A stretch of 32,000 bases of DNA from Candidatus Heimdallarchaeota archaeon B3_Heim (GTDB lineage Archaea > Asgardarchaeota > Heimdallarchaeia > Hodarchaeales > Hodarchaeaceae). Shown piece after piece: positions 25,596 through 32,000 of this stretch. Location: assembly GCA_003144275.1 (NCBI GenBank), contig NJBF01000026.1, forward strand, positions 29,084 through 61,083, given 5' to 3'. Under the pieces are notes generated by a model. The model did not search any database. It was not told where the DNA came from and saw only the letters and a program-made list of their open reading frames with translations. Numbering within the stretch: the first letter of the stretch is position 1; each line of letters opens with the position of its first letter. The position numbers and the translations under genes were made by a program.

Positions 25596-26953
25596 CAGTC
25601 TTAACGTAACTTATAAAGCTTCAGATTTGCTAGTAAGAGCAGCCAAAAGCCTTATATAGTGATGATTCTGAATATAGAGATATCTGAGGTCTCTATATGA
25701 AATTTCCCAGAATCACCAAACAATTTGTTCAGAAAGAGCTTTATAAGCTTTGTGATGGTTATGATACTTCACAATTAATTCACAAATATTCGTTGAAAAG
25801 TACCTGGTATCCTCAAGACATCATCAAAAGGCTAATTCAGGTGTGTTTAGAGCGTACATCCCTAGAGGACATTTGCTCATCGAGTGAAGGTCCTTCCGCT
25901 GATACTGTCCATAGACGATGTTCGGAACTTCAATTCGACCAAACGGAACAATTAGTCAATGGATGGCTCATTGAAGTGGCTTCACGTTTACGTTTCCATC
26001 CAAACACAAAAATTACCCTTGCTTTTGATATGTACTACCAACCTTATTATGAGAATCCTACTGCAGAGTGGGTTAGTGGTTATAAGAGGAATAAGGGTAC
26101 AAATTATGCCATTTGCATGCTAGTGGCATCCATTGCTACTCAAAAGATTCGTTGTCCTGTAGCAGTACGTTTTATGACGAAAATCCGTCATAAAGAAAAA
26201 GCTGGACTTGTAAGTAGCATTTTGGATGATCTTTTTGATTGGTTACCTGTTAAACGAGTTCTTTTCGATCGAGGTTTCTGTCAAGAAGATATTATCCAGT
26301 TAGCAGAAGATAGAGGATTAGAATATATTATTGCAGCCGTTCGACATAGTACAATAAAACGAGCAGCCCAGACGATTCAAGAAACCGTACAGGCCCACGC
26401 TAGACTAGCTGGTGTCAATGTGGACGATCCTTTCGTTTTGGGTCAGTGGGCTTGCCAGCAAGGAATAGATACTTTTCGGGTTGAATACGTGGCTACAGGG
26501 AGGAAAAGAACCCAAGTTCCCTTAGTTGCCGCTTTTGTACGTAAGCGGACGTATCTTCAAAAACACCTTAAAAGGCGAACTTACGGACTCTATCTCTATT
26601 TAACCAATACAAATGTTACCCCCAGACGAGTAGTCAAGTTATATAGTAAGAGGTGGATTGTTGAGACCGACATTCGATGTACCAATGAATTCAAAGCAGT
26701 AACGAATAGTACGAACCCTCAGCTACGATTACTCCTCTATGGGTTAGCAATGGTATTTAACGCTCTTTGGATAGTTTTTTCCACATTATTTCACCGTCTA
26801 TCTGGTTTATCCTCTGAAATACTATCTGAAGAAGCTACGATTTCTATTAAACAGGCAGATAAACTAATCTGTATCGCAAGACGGTTTAAACGTTTCTTAC
26901 GTCAAGAAATACTACCACAAATTCATTTTTTGGGAGGTGATACGTGAAAACTG
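25596..26953 (+). mobile_element. complete 1358-bp insertion sequence, ISH3-like (IS4 superfamily)
   Basis: Imperfect 15-bp TIRs (CAGTCTTAACGTAAC versus reverse complement CAGTTTTCACGTATC, 12/15 identical), flanked by GAATTT direct repeats at 25590-25595 and 26954-26959. Confidence 0.88.
25697..26947 (+). CDS. DDE transposase, ISH3-like
   Basis: TLAFD, VLFDRGF, YSKRWIVETDIR give a candidate D-D-E triad; uninterrupted 416-aa ORF whose stop codon lies inside the right TIR. Confidence 0.9.
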   Translation: MKFPRITKQFVQKELYKLCDGYDTSQLIHKYSLKSTWYPQDIIKRLIQVCLERTSLEDICSSSEGPSADTVHRRCSELQFDQTEQLVNGWLIEVASRLRFHPNTKITLAFDMYYQPYYENPTAEWVSGYKRNKGTNYAICMLVASIATQKIRCPVAVRFMTKIRHKEKAGLVSSILDDLFDWLPVKRVLFDRGFCQEDIIQLAEDRGLEYIIAAVRHSTIKRAAQTIQETVQAHARLAGVNVDDPFVLGQWACQQGIDTFRVEYVATGRKRTQVPLVAAFVRKRTYLQKHLKRRTYGLYLYLTNTNVTPRRVVKLYSKRWIVETDIRCTNEFKAVTNSTNPQLRLLLYGLAMVFNALWIVFSTLFHRLSGLSSEILSEEATISIKQADKLICIARRFKRFLRQEILPQIHFLGGDT

Positions 26954-27016
26954 GAATTTAGGTGCTTATAAATTACTTTTTGTTTGTTCTATATAATAAG
27001 AGAAGCCTGGATATTC

Positions 27017-27856
27017 ATGAAAATACAGGAGGAGGTTTATTCGTGGCCTATGAAGCTGATGAGGTCAATATTGAATTACAAGAGCGATTTACATTATCCG
27101 AGTTATGATAATAATCACTGGATTGCGAATACCTGGAATGATTTTTTAGATAGTGAAGGGATAAGGTTAGAATCTATCTGGAAATTTTATTCAGAAATTA
27201 AAAATAAATTTGATAATGGGTGGGTGCTAATCAGTAAAAAAAATGAAAAAAGGCCTCTATTACGGTGTTATGGCCAATTCTTTAATCAGATGATGAATTT
27301 TTTTCTGGATAAAGGACAATTTCCAACCAATTGCTATGAAGATTGGCTTTATTTTACAGGAAAAATGAATGGAATGAGCCCTTTCATTCGTCTAAAGATT
27401 AATAATTCCTCCAAAGATATGTCAGAAGTTTATCTAGTTTTAAATGCTAATTATAAATGGAATAAAATTGGTTTTGAGCGATTTAGAAAATATATCAAGC
27501 CCAATAATCAAAAATACACATTTTTGAGGATAATTGCAGACGAAATTTCATTAAACAATAAAATTGAGCTTAAAACGTCATTAATTACCCAGATGCAGAG
27601 GAAGAATTATAGATATCCTGACAATTCAAAGAATAATAATAAGTCTTGGTTTACTAAAGTATTCAAACTTAAATCATGTGAAGATTTAATAACTGAATTA
27701 TTAGAACTTTTTTTCCGAATTCATGTAGAAAGATTAGGAGGAGAAGCCAGCTTTAGGAATCATGCAAAAGATTCCCCACGAAAAATGAAACTCCTTGAAT
27801 TTTACAATACCTATGGTTCAGTTTATGGATTATTTAATGAACAAAGTCTCTCTTAA
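27017..27856 (+). CDS. hypothetical protein (orphan, AT-rich)
   Basis: Long open frame; ATG at 27017 preferred over the tracked alternative start at 26984; no recognised motif. Confidence 0.6.
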   Translation: MKIQEEVYSWPMKLMRSILNYKSDLHYPSYDNNHWIANTWNDFLDSEGIRLESIWKFYSEIKNKFDNGWVLISKKNEKRPLLRCYGQFFNQMMNFFLDKGQFPTNCYEDWLYFTGKMNGMSPFIRLKINNSSKDMSEVYLVLNANYKWNKIGFERFRKYIKPNNQKYTFLRIIADEISLNNKIELKTSLITQMQRKNYRYPDNSKNNNKSWFTKVFKLKSCEDLITELLELFFRIHVERLGGEASFRNHAKDSPRKMKLLEFYNTYGSVYGLFNEQSLS

Positions 27857-28882
27857 ATGGACTCTCTTGAAACGGATATTTTTATTTGTGATAAATCATG
27901 GATAATGAAGAATTTATGGTCATGGATTGAAAAAAAATGTGAGAGAGAAAACACTGCTCGTTCTGAAAAGAAATTTGTGGAATATTCGTCTGATATATTA
28001 TCTGCTACGTCTATATGCAGGAAAATCCAAGAATTGAAGTATATCCATGCCAAGAGATGCGATATAGTTTATAATCAGGTCAAAATTAAGTCTACCAAGT
28101 TTTATGAGATCAGTAAGAACAGAAAGATCTTCTTAAACGAAAATAAAAGGAATAGTTTCAATAGATTAAATGCAGCGATTATCCAAGATAGTGAGGTACG
28201 TAATGAAATAACGCGTATTACTAAAGAAATTGATGATTTCACTCAATTAGATTTATCGGTTAAAGTTGAATCAGAGGATCGCTGGGCCAGAGTGACCTCT
28301 GGGGATAGTCCCTTGATTGATAAACCAGATATTATAACTTACCAATTTGAAGATGCAAAGAAAGGTAAGGCTAGAGAACTCATTCAAAATAAACTAATCA
28401 GAGAGCTTGGACATCAAAAAGGAAAAATTTCTTCAAGAGATTATTTGTTAGATTTTTGTAAAACAATAGGACATTATTCAACAAAGGATGGAACAGGGCT
28501 TATAAAACTTCAACTAGAGCTTCTTGAGAGGGGAGAGACTCTTGGTGGAAAAATACCTTTTGCTAAAAGAAACCACGCTGTTATAATCAGTTATTGGGGG
28601 GTTAGCTTCCCTATGATGCAAAGATTGGGAGATGTAATTGCGTCAGTTATTCTGCGAAAGTATAGTGACAGTATACAAAATGAATCTTGCTTAATAGATG
28701 AAGTGTCGAAAAATTTATCCCTTGGGAAGAAAGCTCTAAATGGTAGACAATTAGAATCTATATCGAAAAGCACTATTAAGTCAATAATAGGTGATACTAA
28801 AATGGGAGAGACTACTTATTTGAAGAATCGATTTTTATCATTTTTAGAGCAATATATCAGTGAACTAAGAAACGAAAATTAA
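27857..28882 (+). CDS. hypothetical protein (orphan, AT-rich), translationally coupled to the upstream gene
   Basis: 341 aa; its ATG directly follows the upstream TAA (TAAATG). Confidence 0.65.
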   Translation: MDSLETDIFICDKSWIMKNLWSWIEKKCERENTARSEKKFVEYSSDILSATSICRKIQELKYIHAKRCDIVYNQVKIKSTKFYEISKNRKIFLNENKRNSFNRLNAAIIQDSEVRNEITRITKEIDDFTQLDLSVKVESEDRWARVTSGDSPLIDKPDIITYQFEDAKKGKARELIQNKLIRELGHQKGKISSRDYLLDFCKTIGHYSTKDGTGLIKLQLELLERGETLGGKIPFAKRNHAVIISYWGVSFPMMQRLGDVIASVILRKYSDSIQNESCLIDEVSKNLSLGKKALNGRQLESISKSTIKSIIGDTKMGETTYLKNRFLSFLEQYISELRNEN

Positions 28883-29048
28883 TCACACATTCAGAATGAA
28901 GGAGGATAAAATAATTGTCACCTTAATCCTCTTTTCTCAATTTTTTGAAGATGAATTTATCCTATATCTTTGATAGATTTGACTTTGAGTAAGGCCTATT
29001 TAACTAGAAATCAAAGGTAGAGTAAAGAATTCATTCGGATATTTACCA

Positions 29049-29597
29049 ATGACTCAAGATAAGCAAGCGTCACCCTCATTAACACTCGGCTGTATTCATG
29101 TTATTACGGGTGATGGGAAAGGAAAAACCACTTCTGCGTTAGGTCTTGCGCTAAGAGCCGCGGGTCACGACCTGAAGACCTTAATGATTCAATTTATGAA
29201 AAAAGGATGGGATTATGGAGAATTGAGAGCAGTCCAGTCATTCCCAAATATCCAGATTATCCAGTACGGCACTCCTGATTTTGTGAACAAAGCTAATCCC
29301 CTGCCTATCGATTTTCAGGAAGCTCAAGCAGCTCTGGCGCACTTTAAAAAGGAATTGAGTAATAATTGGGATATTATCATATTAGATGAGGTTAACGTGG
29401 CACTTGATTATCACTTAATTTCTGAGCAGGAGGTTCTTGATCTTCTCGAGAGAAAACCTAAAAATCTTGAGGTCATATTAACTGGTAGATATGCCAGTCA
29501 AGCCATAATTGACCTAGCTGATTATTATACAACAATACAATCTGTTAAACATCCGTATCAACATAACATTAATGCCCGAAAAGGTGTAGAATTTTGA
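29049..29597 (+). CDS. btuR: cob(I)alamin adenosyltransferase, CobA/BtuR/CobO type
   Basis: [45 protein letters not shown]...ARKGVEF. Confidence 0.93.
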   Translation: MTQDKQASPSLTLGCIHVITGDGKGKTTSALGLALRAAGHDLKTLMIQFMKKGWDYGELRAVQSFPNIQIIQYGTPDFVNKANPLPIDFQEAQAALAHFKKELSNNWDIIILDEVNVALDYHLISEQEVLDLLERKPKNLEVILTGRYASQAIIDLADYYTTIQSVKHPYQHNINARKGVEF

Positions 29598-31309
29598 CTA
29601 CCTCTCCGAAACGTCCCAATAAAGACCCAAATACAGAAACCCCCCCCGATCGTGCTGAAATCCTTCAGAAGCGAAAAAATTGGGAGGAAGAATATGAGCA
29701 ATTAATGAAAAAAAAGCCTGAGAGACTTTCTAGCTTCATTACAACATCAAGTATGCCAATTAACCGTCTTTATGATCCTACCGATCTACCACAAGATTGG
29801 AGCTACTTAAAAGACGTGGGTTATCCAGGTGAATTTCCTTATACTCGCGGAGTACAGCAAACTATGTATCGTGGTCGTTTGTGGACAATGAGACAATTTG
29901 CTGGTTTTGGAGGAGCAGAAGAGACTAACCAAAGATTTAAATTTCTTTTAGCTAACGGAATGACAGGTCTGAGTGTGGCCTTTCATCTACCTACTCTGTA
30001 TGGACGAGAGTCGACACATCCGATGTCTCTGGGGGAAGTGGGGAAACTTGGAGTAGCCATTGACACATTACGGGATATGGAAATTCTTTTTGACGGAATT
30101 CCGTTAGACAAAGTTACTACCTCGATGACTATTAATGCTCCTGCAGCCATTCTGCTGTCTATGTATATCGCAGTAGCAGAAAAACAAGGCGTTTCCCCAG
30201 ATCAAATAGGAGGGACAATACAAAACGACATTCTTAAGGAGTATATGGCGCAAAAATCATATATATTCCCACCTAAGTCATCGATGCGGCTTATCGTTGA
30301 TACAATTAAATATTGTTCTAAATTTGTCCCTAGGTGGAATACGATATCGATTTCTGGTTATCACATCCGTGAAGCAGGATCTACTGCGGCTCAAGAGCTC
30401 GCATTTACCCTGATCAATGGATTAGAATACGTTAAATGGGCCGTCAAATCAGGGATGGAAATAGATGAATTTGCACCTAGATTATCATTCTTTTTTAATT
30501 CGCATAACGATTTCTTCGAAGAAATTGCTAAATTCCGAGCAGCCCGGCGTATTTGGGCACGGTGGATGAGAAAGTTCTCTCCAAAGAATGAACGCTCTCT
30601 CTGGCTTAGATTTCATACACAGACTGCAGGTTGTTCTTTAACAGCTCAACAGCCGTATAATAACGTTGTACGAACTACTGTTCAATCTATGGCTGCTGTA
30701 ATAGGCGGCACACAGTCGTTACATACTAATTCGTTGGATGAAGCCCTTGCTTTACCCAGTGAAGATGCAGTAGAAATAGCATTACGTACGCAACAAATAA
30801 TTGCTCATGAAAGTGGACTTACTAATACGATTGATCCATTTGCAGGGAGTTATTTCGTGGAGAGCCTTACAAACTTGATGGAAAAAGAAGTTGAAGACTA
30901 TCTCCAAAAAGTAGACCAACTCGGAGGAGTAATCCCCGCTATTGAGAAGGGATTCTTCCAGCAAGAGATCGCGAATGCAGCTTACCAATATCAAAAGGAA
31001 ATCGAAAAAAATGAAAGGACCATCGTAAGTGTTAACGATTTTACCAAAGATGAAGATATTAAAATTCCAATTTTACAAATTGGAGATGAGATTGCTGAAA
31101 GACAAAAAAAGCGATTAGAACAAGTTAAACAGGAAAGAAATACTGAAAAAGTAACTAACGCCTTATTAAAAATTCAAGAAGCAGCCAAGGGAAACGAAAA
31201 TTTGTTTCCACTGATATTAGATGCAGTAAAATTGTATGCCTCCATTGGGGAAATATGCGATGTTCTAAGGGAAGTTTTTGGAGAATGGAAAGGAGATTTA
31301 TTGTTTTAA
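29594..31309 (+). CDS. methylmalonyl-CoA mutase family, substrate-binding large subunit
   Basis: [66 protein letters not shown]. Confidence 0.95.
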   Translation: MTTSPKRPNKDPNTETPPDRAEILQKRKNWEEEYEQLMKKKPERLSSFITTSSMPINRLYDPTDLPQDWSYLKDVGYPGEFPYTRGVQQTMYRGRLWTMRQFAGFGGAEETNQRFKFLLANGMTGLSVAFHLPTLYGRESTHPMSLGEVGKLGVAIDTLRDMEILFDGIPLDKVTTSMTINAPAAILLSMYIAVAEKQGVSPDQIGGTIQNDILKEYMAQKSYIFPPKSSMRLIVDTIKYCSKFVPRWNTISISGYHIREAGSTAAQELAFTLINGLEYVKWAVKSGMEIDEFAPRLSFFFNSHNDFFEEIAKFRAARRIWARWMRKFSPKNERSLWLRFHTQTAGCSLTAQQPYNNVVRTTVQSMAAVIGGTQSLHTNSLDEALALPSEDAVEIALRTQQIIAHESGLTNTIDPFAGSYFVESLTNLMEKEVEDYLQKVDQLGGVIPAIEKGFFQQEIANAAYQYQKEIEKNERTIVSVNDFTKDEDIKIPILQIGDEIAERQKKRLEQVKQERNTEKVTNALLKIQEAAKGNENLFPLILDAVKLYASIGEICDVLREVFGEWKGDLLF

Positions 31310-31327
31310 TTCAAAGGAAGTCATTCA

Positions 31328-31738
31328 ATGAGCACAAGTCAAAAAATACGCGTATTATTAGCTAAACCAGGGTTAGATGGTCATGATCGGGGTGTTAAAG
31401 TTGTCGCAAGGGCATTGCGTGATGCTGGAATGGAAGTAATATACACAGGATTGCACAAAAGTCCAGAAGCAATTATAGAGGCCGCGTTACAGGAAGATGT
31501 AGATGTCATTGGGCTTTCCAGCTTAAGCGGTTCACACATGGCACTTTTTACACGAATTATGGAGCTCCTTGCAGAAAAAGAAATGGCAGAGGATACACTT
31601 GTTGTAGCTGGGGGAATTATTCCCGACGATGATGTTCCAAAGCTTGAGAAAATCGGAATCAAAGGTATTTTTGGTCCTGGTGCGGAAACAGATACCATAG
31701 CAAATTTTATCAGAGCAAATATTAAACGTACCTTGTAA
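31328..31738 (+). CDS. methylmalonyl-CoA mutase cobalamin-binding small subunit
   Basis: [10 protein letters not shown] (DxHxxG), SSLSGSH, VAGGIIP, FGPG. Confidence 0.95.
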   Translation: MSTSQKIRVLLAKPGLDGHDRGVKVVARALRDAGMEVIYTGLHKSPEAIIEAALQEDVDVIGLSSLSGSHMALFTRIMELLAEKEMAEDTLVVAGGIIPDDDVPKLEKIGIKGIFGPGAETDTIANFIRANIKRTL

Positions 31739-31781
31739 GAGTGATAACGATTTCGATAATTCTACAATATTGGGTTATAAC

Positions 31782-31928
31782 ATGACGTCGTATTTATGTC
31801 AAAAATGCCATCAGGAAATAGATCCTGCCGAATTGGAAACATTACCCGGGATTAGATGTATTATCTGCGGACATAGGATTCTCTTAAAAAAACGTCCCCC
31901 AATTATCAAAAGATTAAAAACAGATTAA
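31782..31928 (+). CDS. rpoP: DNA-directed RNA polymerase subunit P (Rpo12)
   Basis: Below the ORF-track cutoff. Manual translation: MTSYLCQKCHQEIDPAELETLPGIRCIICGHRILLKKRPPIIKRLKTD (CxxC...CxxCGxRILxKxRP). Confidence 0.92.
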   Translation: MTSYLCQKCHQEIDPAELETLPGIRCIICGHRILLKKRPPIIKRLKTD

Positions 31929-31941
31929 TCCGTCAAGAAAA

Positions 31942-32000
31942 ATGAATTTCAAACACAGAAAAACTGATTTAGTATTAGTTTTAGATAAATTTATATTCTC
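31942..32000 (+). CDS. possible start of the next gene (truncated by the window)
   Basis: ATG 13 nt after the rpoP stop, open to the window end (MNFKHRKTDLVLVLDKFIF); too short to identify. Confidence 0.3.
   Translation, partial: MNFKHRKTDLVLVLDKFIF

Noticed and set aside
3190-31698. Other short tracked ORFs overlapping long genes (e.g. 3190-3489, 8253-8582, 13777-14028, 20811-21125, 22422-22652, 31381-31698)
   Set aside because: They overlap well-supported genes on the opposite strand or in another frame and lack independent evidence.

Overview
AT-rich archaeal genomic window, most likely an Asgard archaeon such as Heimdallarchaeia (inference from archaeal uS8/uL6, Rpo11, Rpo12, aMBF1, PAN, BHB-intron tRNAs and C-terminally anchored surface proteins). 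From left to right: (1) the edge of a probable integrated virus/plasmid, with a partial D5/P4-type SF3 helicase, a small Zn-ribbon gene and a helically phased ATATAC repeat array; (2) three membrane-anchored surface proteins, namely a lipase broken by an in-frame TGA, a metzincin-like protein whose catalytic Glu is replaced by Ser, and a 1385-aa receptor-like protein (14 WD40 repeats, Ca-binding repeats, Ig-like stalk, one TM helix, cytoplasmic CHAT caspase-like protease) followed by a small EACC1-like gene; (3) a HerA/VirB4-like ATPase, coiled-coil/wHTH and polyproline proteins, and a SatD + membrane protein cassette preceded by four GTCAA-N10-TTGAC-type operators; (4) housekeeping genes (rpl6, rps8, aMBF1, pan, RNase III-like, rpoL) and four tRNAs carrying six introns, including a three-intron tRNA-Asn; (5) a complete 1358-bp ISH3-like insertion sequence next to two AT-rich orphan genes; (6) cobalamin adenosyltransferase, two methylmalonyl-CoA mutase subunits and rpoP. 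No CRISPR array or rRNA was seen. All family assignments come from motif recognition by eye, not from database searches.
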